DNA of 63,946 nt, the filler included, from Octopus bimaculoides (lineage: Eukaryota), in assembly GCF_001194135.2 (NCBI RefSeq). It is 9 parts of 9 records of this genome, joined end to end, with 100 filler letters (N's around TTAATTAATTAA, not from the genome) between each part and the next. Parts side by side here need not be neighbours in the genome. Positions count along the whole stretch, not along the records: positions 20,586 to 29,604 come from NC_069003.1; positions 29,705 to 55,707 come from NC_068985.1; 7 more parts are not named here. One strand, given 5' to 3'. Positions 24,100 through 37,699 of the stretch are shown here, piece by piece. The translations under genes and the position numbers were made by a program. The number at the start of each line of letters is the position of its first letter. Position 1 is the first letter of the stretch. The notes beneath the pieces were generated by a model that did not search any database, was not told where the DNA came from, and worked only from the letters and a program-made list of their open reading frames with translations.

Positions 24100-24430
24100 A
24101 GTAGAAACGTACATTGTGAAGCGTCGTTAATATGGAACTCGGAGCAGATCAGGAGATAAAAACAAAGATTGGGATAGTTGCATCTGACTTCAGGATGCTC
24201 AGATTCACCTGGAGATCATAGATCTTGTCAACAAACACAACACTCAGAGTTTACAACATGAACGCGAAGATGGTTTTGCAGTACACGCCACTGAAAAAAG
24301 CTCAAGGAGGCCGAAATGCCCCTGGCGTTTTTGCTGGCTGCTGCCCGGACAAATTTTCATCTCTCCCTGATATTTATCGTGTTTTTAACAGAGGGCATCC
24401 AGAACTGATGTTATCCCAGAACAAATACTA
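24100..24430 (+). mobile_element. Decayed RTE-type LINE fragment (post-RT)
   Basis: EIKTKIGIVASDFRMLRFTWRS*ILSTNTTLRVYNMNAKMVLQY. Confidence 0.6.
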
Positions 24431-25312
24431 CAGTATATATATGTATATATATATATATATATATATNNNNNNNNNNNNNNNNNNNNNNNNNNNNNNNNNN
24501 NNNNNNNNNNNNNNNNNNNNNNNNNNNNNNNNNNNNNNNNNNNNNNNNNNNNNNNNNNNNNNNNNNNNNNNNNNNNNNNNNNNNNNNNNNNNNNNNNNNN
24601 NNNNNNNNNNNNNNNNNNNNNNNNNNNNNNNNNNNNNNNNNNNNNNNNNNNNNNNNNNNNNNNNNNNNNNNNNNNNNNNNNNNNNNNNNNNNNNNNNNNN
24701 NNNNNNNNNNNNNNNNNNNNNNNNNNNNNNNNNNNNNNNNNNNNNNNNNNNNNNNNNNNNNNNNNNNNNNNNNNNNNNNNNNNNNNNNNNNNNNNNNNNN
24801 NNNNNNNNNNNNNNNNNNNNNNNNNNNNNNNNNNNNNNNNNNNNNNNNNNNNNNNNNNNNNNNNNNNNNNNNNNNNNNNNNNNNNNNNNNNNNNNNNNNN
24901 NNNNNNNNNNNNNNNNNNNNNATATATATATGTATATATATACATACATTCATGAATATCAATATATGTATATGAAGTGTAAGGTCTTGTTTGTACAAGA
25001 GTTTATATATTTACTTGAGACGTAGAATTTGTTAAAATTGTAATATTGAATAACATACGAGTGTCTATGTGTGTGTGTATGTGTGCGTGTGTGTGTATGT
25101 GTGCGTGTGCAAGTGCGTGTGTGCATCTCTCTCTCTCTCTCTCACTCTCTCTCTCTTTCCCTCTCTCTCTCTNNNNNNNNNNNNNNNNNNNNNNNNNNNN
25201 NNNNNNNNNNNNNNNNNNNNNNNNNNNNNNNNNNNNNNNNNNNNNNNNNNNNNNNNNNNNNNNNNNNNNNNNNNNNNNNNNNNNNNNNNNNNNNNNNNNN
25301 NNNNNNNNNNNN

Positions 25313-25357
<45 letters not shown>

Positions 25358-26259
25358 AATTTTTTATATATACACACATATATTCATATACACGACTATG
25401 TGTTATTGTGTGTCTGGGTTGATGTGCCAGTGCGTATGTGAGCATATGTGCGCGCGCGCGTGTTTGCGCGCGCGCATGTATTTTTCTAACCACAAAAAAT
25501 CGGGGGTGTTCCATGACAGAGGGTGTATTAATTTATAAATTATCCTTTTACACATACATACGCGCTTGCATATTTCCCTACATATATACACACACATATC
25601 CACATATACACACAGCTATACATGCACGTATACGCATTTATGTACACATACAAATTTTTAATGCAATTATCGCGTACGTACATTCGCCTGTACACACTCA
25701 CACAAACACGCAAAAGCTCATACATACATACATTTATATATATATATATATATNNNNNNNNNNNNNNNNNNNNNNNNNNNNNNNNNNNNNNNNNNNNNNN
25801 NNNNNNNNNNNNNNNNNNNNNNNNNNNNNNNNNNNNNNNNNNNNNNNNNNNNNNNNNNNNNNNNNNNNNNNNNNNNNNNNNNNNNNNNNNNNNNNNNNNN
25901 NNNNNNNNNNNNNNNNNNNNNNNNNNNNNNNNNNNNNNNNNNNNNNNNNNNNNNNNNNNNNNNNNNNNNNNNNNNNNNNNNNNNNNNNNNNNNNNNNNNN
26001 NNNNNNNNNNNNNNNNNNNNNNNNNNNNNNNNNNNNNNNNNNNNNNNNNNNNNNNNNNNNNNNNNNNNNNNNNNNNNNNNNNNNNNNNNNNNNNNNNNNN
26101 NNNNNNNNNNNNNNNNNNNNNNNNNNNNNNNNNNNNNNNNAAGGAAAGAAACAAAACGCGAAAGAATCAGGGACATATTGTCATCTCCTGCAGTTTTATA
26201 TATACTGCAGCTAGACAAGTTTTGTTGTTGATGATTATAATGTTTGTATATACTGATAT

Positions 26260-26520
26260 GTGGAGGCGCGTGGCTTAGTGGTTAGGGTGTCAGCATCATG
26301 ATCGTAAGATTGTGGTTTCGATTCCTGGACCGAGCGACGCGTTGTGCTCTTGAGCAAAATACTTCATTTCACGTTGCTCCAGCCCACTCAACTGGCAAAA
26401 ATGAGTAACGCTGCGATGGACTGGCGTCCCGTCCAGCTGGGGAACACATACGCCATTGAAACCGGGAAACCGGGCCCGCGAGCCTGGCTAGGCTTAAAAG
26501 GGCGCATATATTTATTTTTT
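26260..26520 (+). mobile_element. SINE family D, full length, 13-bp TSD
   Basis: A-box TGGCTTAGTGG, B-box GGTTTCGATTCC; TSD TATATACTGATAT at 26247-26259 and 26521-26533. Confidence 0.9.
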
Positions 26521-27820
26521 TATATACTGATATAGCGTATCTCATGTGTGTATATGTAAGTGTGTGTTTGTGTGTGCGCTACCAGCCGACGTATGACGAC
26601 TGGAATAACATGAGAGATTGTCTCTCTTATCAGTTCTCAGCGCCGCTATCCGGTTTCTGTAACTGAGGAGGAGATAACCACTTCGAAATGCTTGCATCTC
26701 ACAGTTTGGATAGGTGGCGCTGCGAGCTGATTTCGGTGAAATCTACTCCATTCTGTCTACAGTGAGAAATTTTTCTCTATGACTAACCACAGTGATTGGC
26801 TTGTTTACGAGTCCGAACGTGCCACTGGCATATTCGAACTGGTAACAGCATTGCACATAAAAGTTCTAGTATATTTTCCTGCAGAACGTCAAGATGAACA
26901 TCAACCAATGTCATCGGCTACAGCAGAAGTGAGGAGGTCTTATTACCCCACTACAGATTAATAGTTCTTTCGGAGTTTTTACATTTCAGCAAAACAACAT
27001 TTTTTTCTTCTTTTTCTATTTTCTTTTTCTTTTTCTTTTGTTAATTGACAGAGAAACAACTGATCTTCATTAATTTATAAGCTTGCTACCACGAACGAAC
27101 CACTCGATCATTGGTTCAAGTCACCGAGGTGGTAGCATTGATGGCAACATATCTTAGGCTCAGATTCACAGAAGGAGAGATCATATACCTTGTAGTATTG
27201 AGTCACGTCTGTAATACACTGTGGGCCCTCACTAATTTTTCCAGAAGATTTGGATAAGCATATTCAGTAGAGTGTCGAACAAAATGCTTCGCGGTACTTA
27301 TTTACATTCTTCTATATTCTGAGTTCAAATCCAACTGAAGCCAACTTTGAGTTTCTTTCATCCAGTGTTAATATTCTGAGTTCAAATCCAACTGAAGCCA
27401 ACTTTGAGTTTCTTTCATCCAGTGTTAATAAAATAAGTACCCGTAATATGCTGTATCTTATTAAACGAATTACATCCGTCCCCCAGTGGCTCTGCTAGAA
27501 ATTTCTAAGTCTACGAGTCCGAATTTAGTACAGCATACAGCATAGTCTGCATTCAGGGAATACTTTTTAATGCTACCTATAGTGCAGCAATTAACAATCA
27601 ATCAAAGCGATCTGTCATTACTTCAGCTGATGTATGATGGCATTAATCGTGACACTACATATTCCCTGCTTTGTTAACCCACAAATTCAATTGGCTAAGT
27701 TGCAAACATTTGGCCTTTGACTCCTTAGTAACACAAATATCGTCATAGCATGACTAAACCTATAAATATCTACATGCCAGTACACACATACACATACATG
27801 CACGCACACACACACACATG

Positions 27821-27864
<44 letters not shown>

Positions 27865-28147
27865 TACGCATATAAACACGTATGTATGTAAATATACANN
27901 NNNNNNNNGTATGTATGTAAATATACATACACACATATACACACACAAACACACACACACACACACATCTCTAGACAACAATTTTACAGAGTAATGTTTT
28001 CGTAGTCTCATACTACAGAGGCAAATGTATATTAAATATCAAATTCAAGAACTTCGGTTTTTTTTTTATATTACATTCTCAACGCTCTAAACTTAACATT
28101 AAACCGGCATCAGCAATGTAGACAGCCGGACGAAAAGTTCACGTAGG

Positions 28148-28360
28148 ACGGGGTGTTGAAGAGTTCTTGGCTTTGGGTAAAAGAAAATACAGGTGGATCA
28201 GTTAATTATGATTTTACTCAACATATTCCCCTTTCAAATTCACACCCTTATTGCAGTGGTCGTTCAGTTTTCCGAAACCCTGCAAAAGAACTTGGATGGC
28301 TGGGCCTCCAGCCAGTCCTTTCGCGATATCCTTAAAACCAGGAACTTTTTAGCACCATAC
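28148..28360 (-). mobile_element. Mariner-derived MITE
   Basis: Imperfect TIRs GGGGTGTTGAAGAGTTCTTGGCTTT / AAAACCAGGAACTTTTTAGCACC; reverse-orientation relative of 41933-42145. Confidence 0.7.
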
Positions 28361-28589
28361 ATAAATAAAGGTTCTGACTATCCACCTAATATAAGTAATT
28401 ATTTTAGTATTAATATAATTCGAAGAATATTGAATAGCACCTCAGATAAGGTAACCTGTTATAAGCTCTAAATCGGTGTTTCTCAAACTATCTGAAGTGG
28501 CATACCGGTAATTATTTTTTTAAATGTGCCAGTGACCGGTAATATTTCTTAGTAATATTAATTTATACCGAAAACAATATATATACTTT

Positions 28590-28958
28590 TTTACTTGTTT
28601 CAGTCATTTTACTGTGGCCATGCTGGAGACCGCCTTTAGTCGAGCAAATCGACCCCAGGACTTATTCTTTGTAAGCCTAGTACTTATTCTATCGGTTTCT
28701 TTTGCCAAATCGCTAATTTACGGGGACGTAAACATACCAGCATCGGTTGTCAAGTGGACAAACATATACACACGCATACATATATATACATATATACGAC
28801 GGGATTCTTTCAGTTTCCGTCTACGAAATCCACTCACAAGACTTTGGTCGGCCCGAGGCTATAGTAGAAGACACTTGCCGAAGGTGCTACGCAGTGGGAC
28901 TGAACCCGGAACCATGTGTTTGGTAAACAAGCTACTTACCACACAGCCACTCCTACGC
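28590..28958 (-). mobile_element. SINE family B, full length
   Basis: Both arms present in reverse orientation. Confidence 0.88.
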
Positions 28959-29704
28959 CTATATAATGAATATAATAAAAGTCGACAATTTTTTAAAATC
29001 TTATATTTATTTTGTAAATAAATGATACAATATTACGTGAGCGTTTTATATCAATTTATAAGCATTTTATAATGTTTCTGGAAACTCGCTGCGTACCGAC
29101 AGCTGATGGCTCGCAGACTGGCACCGATCCGCGGACCACCATTTTGAGTAGCACTGCTCTAAATAATCATGGTAATACTTTAGAAACAAACAAAACAATA
29201 AACGTGTTTCTAGAAAAACTTTAGGTTCTTAAATATTGAAGAGGAACACCGGAATCGACAGAGAATAACGAAACTTCATCTGGCTTAAAAAGAAAAAGCT
29301 ACAAACATCTTTCATTAAAAAACACTTCAAAACCATTCATATGCGTTTCATATTGTTTAAAATAAACAACGCCTATATCAGTTACAGCTGTACGAAAAAT
29401 GCCAGCAACATAATAACGTGTTGGCTTCGAAGGCTGGTCTGAAGGACATCCAACAAGGCGAATGTAATTGCAAAGATAAACAATAAAGAAAAAAGACTAA
29501 CGTTTCCCCTGCAACAATTGTTTAACAAAAACAATTGTTAAAAAAAAGCAAAGGCAATTCTTCGGCAGGTAACATAGAAACAATGAATATGTATTTATTT
29601 ATATNNNNNNNNNNNNNNNNNNNNNNNNNNNNNNNNNNNNNNNNNNNNTTAATTAATTAANNNNNNNNNNNNNNNNNNNNNNNNNNNNNNNNNNNNNNNN
29701 NNNN

Positions 29705-29740
<36 letters not shown>

Positions 29741-29743
<3 letters not shown>

Positions 29744-30371
29744 TAGTTTTATTTTTATAACGCGCTTTCACTGCACTACCGAGCACAGCTCTGTGTACCT
29801 TGGGTATGTGCTGTGGTTTGCTGTGATGCTCTTATGGTTACTGTATTGGAAGTGTTTTACGTAGGATGTGTGCAATGCCCATTATTGCAATTTTCTGTAT
29901 GTTATATATATTTGTAAGTCCTGGTGTTTTCGTTATGTATTTCTCTGAATATTTTTTTACCATACCTAAGGCGCCTACTATGATAGGAATTGTTTCTATT
30001 TTTTGACTCCACATTCGAGTTACCACTATTTCCAGGTCTTTGTATTTTGAAAGTTTCTCCATTTCTTTTAGGGAAACGTTGTCATCTGTTGGTATTGATA
30101 CATCAATTAGGAAGCATTTTTTTTCTTTATGATCTCTGACAAGTATATCTGGCCTATTGGCCTTAATTTCTCTGTCTGTATGTATTGGCATATCCCAGAG
30201 TATGGTTGCTTTCTCGTTTTCTGTGACCTTTTCTGGCGTGTGTTTATACCATCTTTTTTCTGTTGTTATTCCATAGTGTTGGCATAGCTTCCAGTGTATA
30301 TAGATCCCAGCTCTGTCGTGTCTGTGAATATATTCCTTCTTAGCCAGGACTGGGCAGTCAGAGATAATATG
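29741..30371 (-). mobile_element. R4/Dong-like LINE, 5'-truncated, intact endonuclease domain and 3' UTR
   Basis: HIISDCPVLAKKEYIHRHD...ILWDMPIHTD...NRPDILVRDHKEKKCFLIDVSIPTD...KLSKYKDL...IPIIVGALG...ILRKTLPIQ*; (AAT)n on the sense strand at both junctions. Confidence 0.93.
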
Positions 30372-30406
<35 letters not shown>

Positions 30407-30419
30407 CATTATTATTAAA

Positions 30420-31010
30420 GCTCAAGTTGGCAGAATCGTTAGCGCACTGGACGAAATGCTTAGCGGTGTTTCGTCCGTCACTACGTTCTGAGTTCAAATT
30501 CCGCCGAGGTCGACTTTGCCTTTCATCCTTCCGGGATCGATTAAATAAGTACCAGTTACGCTCTGGGGTTGATGCAATCGACTGTCCCCTTCACTCCAAA
30601 TTTTCAGGCTTTGTGCCCCTAGTAGAAAGGATTATTATTAAAGGTGGCGAGCTGGCAGAATCGTTAGCACGTCGGGTGAAATGCTTAGCGGTATTTCGTC
30701 TGTCGGTACATTCTGAGTTCGAATTCCGTCGAGGTCGACTTTGTCATTCATCCTTTCGGGGTCGATAAATTAACTAGGATTATTATTGTTGTTGTTGTTT
30801 ACTAGGATTATTATTAATATTGTTGTTGTTGTTCTTAAGGTGATGAGCTGCAAGAATCACTCACAAAAAGCATGGCGATATTTCGTCCGTCTTTACAATC
30901 TAAGTTCAAATTCGGGGTCGATAAAATAAGTACCAGTTATGCACTGGAGTCGATGTAATAGACTTACCCCTTCTCACAAAATTTCAAACCTTGTGCCTAA
31001 AATAAAAAGA
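30420..31010 (+). mobile_element. Three tandem SINE A copies separated by ATT/GTT runs
   Basis: Copies at about 30420-30630, 30642-30778 and 30838-31010. Confidence 0.85.
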
Positions 31011-31058
31011 CCTTTTATCATTTTGCGTTGAGGATAAGAGGTAACTTTAGAAATCATA

Positions 31059-31445
31059 TTATTGTTGGCACTCCGTCGCTTACGACGTCGAGGGTTCAAG
31101 TTGATCCGATCAACGGAACTGCCTGCTCGTGAAATTAACGTGCAAGTGGCTGAGCACTCCACAGACACGTGTACCCTTAACGTAGTTCTCGGGGATATTC
31201 AGCGTGACACAGTGTGACAAGGCTGGCCCTTTGAATTACAGGCACAACAGAAACAGGAAGTAAGAGTGAGAGAAAGTTGTGGTGGAAGAGTACAGCAGGG
31301 TTCGCCACCATCCCCTGCCGGAGCCTCGTTGAGCTTTTAGGTCTTTTCGCTCAATAAACACTCACAACGCCCGGTCTGGGAATCGAAACCGCGATCCTAT
31401 GACCGCGAGTCCGCTGCCCTAACCACTGGGCCATTGCGCCTCCAC
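31059..31445 (-). mobile_element. SINE family C, full length, 10-bp TSD
   Basis: tRNA-like head (TGGCCCAGTGG, GGTTTCGATTCCC on minus strand); TSD AGAAATCATA at 31049-31058 and 31446-31455; near-identical to 45922-46305. Confidence 0.92.
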
Positions 31446-31949
31446 AGAAATCATAAATAGCATGAGAAATGTGTGTTTGGTTCTGGCTATTGAAATATTA
31501 ACCGCTGGTTTGATGTAGCTCTTGTCTTTCTCAGACACATTGGTGCCGAATTCTTTTCATGATAAACCAATGTCAATAGAAATTATTCGTTTCGTTTGTC
31601 CATGGAAACAATCGGATGTTTCGCAGCAGGAACCGAACTCTTGAATCAGATATTGTATCTTTTAATCTAGAACAGTTTAACAGAATCCAGATTACTTCGA
31701 ATGCAGCAAACAGGCTCCCTAACTAATGGAAAATGGTCCGTTTCCTGGAGATGAAGAAATGTGGGATTTCGAAGTTGTTAAGTTGTTTCGTTCTACACGT
31801 CTTCCGATAATTTCAAGCCCAAATTGTTATCTTTTCGTTTCCTGTCAAACAAATGTAATGGCTACTTGAAATATGGCAAGAAAAATACCGACAACTAATG
31901 ACAGGGGCTTCTTTGACGTCTCATGAGAGTGTGTCTGTTGGAGAGACGG

Positions 31950-33305
<1,356 letters not shown>

Positions 33306-33609
33306 GGTATGGCCCGAGAAGGAAAAACAACAACAACGTTATTAAGTTGGTGTTTGAAACATAAATTAACATGAAATTTTGAGAGATTTTAATTTAGATT
33401 CCTTTAACCCATTTGCTTCCATATTTCTGTTGAAATAAACTTTTTTATTTTAACTACTTTCGAAAATAATGAAGAATTTAGTAAAATAACTTTGTCATTA
33501 CTAAGCTGCTGTTCAATGCAGTAAGCTAGCGGAATCGTTAGTGCACCGGGCAAAATTGCTGCGCGGCATTTCTTTCGGCTCTTTATGTTCTGAGTTCAAA
33601 TACCTCCGA

Positions 33610-34195
33610 AGTCGGATCTATTTCAAAACAGGGGCATCAGTTTTCATTTATGTTTTATGTAGTGTTTTTGGTACCGAAAGACTTTCAAACTTCGTATACT
33701 TATCTATTTTGTGTTATAGAACAGAAAAAAAATTTTTGCATTCGAATTTATTTCATGTAAAAAATTGTCTTACTTCGATAATTTCTACTAATCACTGACG
33801 TATATCGTATTAATCCCCTAACCCTAACTAGACTGTTAACCCTAACCCTAAAACTAACCCTAACTCTAGAATCCGAACTCTAAAATTGTTACACACATAG
33901 ATACGCACAGCGTAATTTGTTATATAAACAATATATGCGTATAAATTACGATTAAACCGGATGAAATATGTCACAAGGAATAACATTTTTATGACCGCCC
34001 AGCAGTAACTCTATTCAGCTGAATAGACGTCAGTGATTGGTTGAAATTACAGAAATACGACAACTTTAACATGGAATAACTTGCGATGTACGTTTTTTTG
34101 TTAAGAAGACTAAGAGTAAAAGGTGTTTTATATGACACATTCTACCAGTGTCCCAAGTTTCAAAGTGTTTCGTTAGTGTTTCGTTAAGAAAATAC
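33610..34195 (+). mobile_element. Foldback/MITE-like repeat, copy 1
   Basis: Reverse-complement match to 46610-47280; the arms share GACGTCAGTGATT and CTTTCAAACTT motifs in inverted orientation. Confidence 0.65.
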
Positions 34196-34398
34196 TAGTG
34201 CCCCCGTTTTGAAATAGATCCTCGAAGTCGACTTTACTTGTCATCCTTTCGAGATTGATGAAATAAATGCCAGTTGAACACTATTGTAATTGACTTCTCC
34301 CTCTTCTGAACATTGTTGGCTTTGTACCAATATTTGAACTATTAAGCTGGTGTTTGGAACATAAGATGTAATTTCGATAGGTTTTACTTTGGATACAT

Positions 34399-34983
34399 TT
34401 AACCCTTTTGTTACCATATTCCTGTTGAAATACGCTACCGTTCCTTCAATTAATTTTGAAAATAACAAAGAATTCTGCACAAGCATGGCTGTATGATTAA
34501 GAAGTTCGCTTTACAGCCACGTGATTTCGGGTTCGATCCCACTGCGCGGTACCTTTGGCACATGTTTTTTTACTATAGCCCCGGTACGACTAATGCCTTG
34601 GGAATGAATTTGATAGACGGAAACTGTGTGGAAGCTCGTGTATATACATACTATTGGAGGTGTGTGTGTGTGTGTGCTCGCGTGATCGTGTTGATTGGTA
34701 ACCTAGTGCTTCGGTAAAAGAGTCCATTAGAATAAGTACCAGACTTGAAATAAGTCCTGGGGTCGATTTTTTCGACTAAAATCCTTCGAGGTGGTGCCCC
34801 AGCATGGCCGCAGTCAAGTGACTTGAACAAGTAATGGACTGAGAAAAGATTATTAAACTGGTCTATAGAACATAAATTAACAAATTTTTAATGAAAGCTT
34901 TATAATTTAAATCTCTTTAATACAGCAAGTTTGTATCACAAAACTAGGCTGGTCTCCAGTGAGTTGATAGCGAAAGGGTTGAA
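34399..34983 (+). mobile_element. piggyBac-like MITE interrupted by SINE B (about 34480-34835)
   Basis: TTAA-CCCTTTTG at the left end and GAAAGGG-TTGA at the right end (TTAA target, CCCTTT/AAAGGG termini). Confidence 0.65.
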
Positions 34984-35179
34984 ACCAATAAATATTTCAT
35001 TTCTGATCAGCTACCGATTCTACGCAGCAGTGATTTTCAACTTGTTTTCATGAATATAGCACTAAGAGTATTACAGCAAACTACTAGCCTTTAAAAAAAA
35101 AAAGTTTTATTATATAAGAAATAAAAGCAGTGAGCTGGCAGAACTAGAATCGTTGACCTTGTGTCAAAATATGAAGCCT

Positions 35180-35640
35180 TGGTATATGAAATTCTTAAAC
35201 TCAGTTTCCGTGACTATCCTCATCTATGGTCATAAATGTTGGGTAATGTCCAAAAGAATACGACTCTAATAGCAAGCGGCCAAAATGGGATTCCTCCGAA
35301 GGATCTCTGGAATAACCCTCTTCAACAGGGTGCGCTGCTCGGAGATCAGAGCGTTTCTCCAAGTCAAGCGCTTCTACGCATCGACAGCTCCGGTACTACG
35401 ATCATGGGATTAGAATGACTCCAGGAAGAATTGCAAGAGGGATTCTTCAGTCCGAGCCAAGAGGCAGGAGACCCAAGGGTAGACCGAGAACGAAATGGTT
35501 GGATAATAGTCATAATCTCAGTCACACTTGAGAAGCCAGCAGAAAGTCTAATGACGATTGCTTCTGATAGGACCCTATGGAGGAGGCATCTAAAGATTCA
35601 CCCCTATAATCTTAAAAATAGTAGGCGGAGAAGATGATTG
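35180..35640 (+). mobile_element. Decayed RTE-type LINE 3' fragment
   Basis: TILIYGHKCWVMSKR...AAKMGFLRRISGITLFNRVR...RGRRPKGRPRTKWLDN. Confidence 0.75.
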
Positions 35641-35664
35641 ACTGGCTGGACATAGAATAAAGGA

Positions 35665-36520
35665 ATCAACCTTTTAGTTACCATATTTCTACTCTGCTTT
35701 ATTTTAATTAATTTTGAAATAAGGGAGAATTTACGAAAATAACTCATTAAGGTGATATTCGGAATATAAGATGAAATTTTGATGGAAAGTCTAAATTTAG
35801 ATTCTTTTATCCCTTTTTGTTACCAAATTCCTATTGAAATACGCTGCCGTTCTTTCAATTAATTTTGAAGATAATAAAGAATTTAGTACAATAACTTTAT
35901 CATTATTAAGCTGGTTGTTTGGAACATAAGATGAACATTTGATGGAAGGTTTTAATTTAAATCACATTAACAAATTAATGAAGAATGTGGCAAAACAACT
36001 TTTGCCGTTATTAAGCTTGTATTTGGAACAAAAATTAACACGAAAACTTGATGGAAGGGTTTCAGATCACTTTAACCCTTTTGTTACTATATTTCTGTTG
36101 ATGAACAATTAATTTTGAAAATAATGAAAACTTTAATAAAATTACTCTGTCATTATTAAGCTGGTATTTGGGTCATAAAGAAATATGATCAAAGAGTTTT
36201 AAATAACTTTATAGAAAATTTATATCATTGAAGGTGGCGAGCTGGCAGAAACGTTAGCACGCCGGGCGAAATGCTTGGCGGCATTTCGTCTGCCGCTACG
36301 GTCTGAGTTCAAATTCCGCCGAGGTCGACTTTGCCTTCCATCCTTTCGGGGCTGATAAATTAAGTACCAGTTACGCACTGGGGTCGATGTAATCGACTTA
36401 ATTCATTTGTCTGTCCTTTTTTGACCCCTCTATGTTTAGCCCCTTGTCGGCAATAAAGAAATAAGAAAATTTATATCATTGAACCAGGGGCGTTCACAAG
36501 CAGTTTGCTATCAAAAGGAT
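35665..36520 (+). mobile_element. Cluster of piggyBac-like MITE halves (about 150-bp degenerate units)
   Basis: About four related units; the last starts TTAACCCTTTTGTTAC at 36072 and ends TATCAAAAGGATTA near 36520. Confidence 0.6.
36233..36463 (+). mobile_element. SINE family A, full length, perfect 20-bp TSD
   Basis: TSD AGAAAATTTATATCATTGAA at 36213-36232 and 36464-36483. Confidence 0.93.
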
Positions 36521-36867
36521 TATGTCTGCCTATAAGGCGTCTTACTGTGAGTTTAATCTGTCCTGTCTAACAGAGATGTTGTCTGGGTTTTAAAGAATCG
36601 GATATTGAGGTTTATAAAATGTCTGCCGTGGTTGACCTAAAACTGGCCGCGAGATCTAGATGAACCAAGGTTTATCGTCTGGCATCAATCATTTCATTCC
36701 TTAATGTGTTTCTTGTAATTGGGGACAGTATAAAGGCCGCAACATCCAATTCTACTTACTATAATATTTAGGGACATTTGTGCATTGTATCGAAGTCAGT
36801 ACTTGCAATTTTTCAATGTTAAGTTCGAATGATGAGAATACCCAGATTTGAAACCGTACAAATATAT

Positions 36868-37100
36868 GTGAGTGGGGAATGGCATATAGTTTAATGGTTA
36901 ATGTGTTGCACTCGCGATCTAGCGATCGTGATTTCAATTCCTAGACCGGGTGGTGCGTTGTATTCTTGAGAAAAACACTTCATTTCACGTTACTCTGCGA
37001 TCACTTGTGCACTTGTTCAGACAACGTCAATTTGATGGAGGGAGTCAGCTAAAGCGGGAAACGAACATTTGATCACTATAAACAAATCATTTGTGCAGGT
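36868..37100 (+). mobile_element. SINE with family D-like head
   Basis: tRNA-like head + GTTGTATTCTTGAGAAAAACACTTCATTTCACGTT core shared with the 26260 copy; different tail. Confidence 0.6.
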
Positions 37101-37114
37101 CTTTTATTCTTTTA

Positions 37115-37642
37115 CATGTTTCAGTCATTTGACTGCGGCCATGCTGGAGCACCGCCTGTAGTCGAGCAAATCGACCCCAGGACTTGGTCTTTGTAAGCCT
37201 AGTACTTATTCTATCGTTCTCTCTTTTGCCTAACCGCTAAGTTACGGGGACATAAACACACCAGCATCGGTTGTCAAGCGATGTTGGGGGGGACAAACAC
37301 AGACATACAAACACATACACACATACATATATATATATATACATATATACGACAGGCTTCTTTCAGTTTCCGTCTACCAAATCCACTCACAAGGCTTTGG
37401 TCGGCCCGAGGCTATAGTAGAAGACACTTGCCCAAGATGCCACGCAGTGGGACTGAACCTGGGACCATACTTACACATATATACGGCGGGCTTCTTTCAG
37501 TTTCCGTCTACCAAATCCATTCACAAGGCTTTGGTCGGCCCGAGGCTATAGTAGAAGACACTTGCCCAAGGTGCCAAGCAGTGGGACTGAACCCAGAACC
37601 ATGTGGTTGGTAAACGAGCGACTTACCACATAGCCACTCAGG
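37115..37642 (-). mobile_element. SINE family B with duplicated left arm
   Basis: Left-arm sequence occurs twice (about 37345-37470 and 37485-37640). Confidence 0.82.
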
Positions 37643-37699
37643 CAAAAGTTCATACGTCGTCTTCGACAGGAGAGTCCATTATACATACAAGCATCCAAA

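Noticed and set aside
25449-25476. (CG)n palindrome with Z-DNA/hairpin potential
   Set aside because: Short, embedded in CA/TG simple-repeat context, with no supporting features
26580-26960. GC-richer unique stretch as a possible exon
   Set aside because: Stops in all frames examined and no recognisable domain
31360-31445. tRNA-like sequences with A and B boxes (also 16010, 26260, 36233, 45922)
   Set aside because: Each continues into a repeated SINE body, often with a TSD; no complete cloverleaf followed by a terminator
33816-33863. CCCTAA hexamers as a true telomere or chromosome fusion site
   Set aside because: Only five interrupted units inside a dispersed repeat
35665-36200. Repeated units that might suggest a CRISPR-like array (also the SINE A arrays)
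   Set aside because: Units are long, degenerate TE fragments without unique spacers; eukaryotic context with no cas genes
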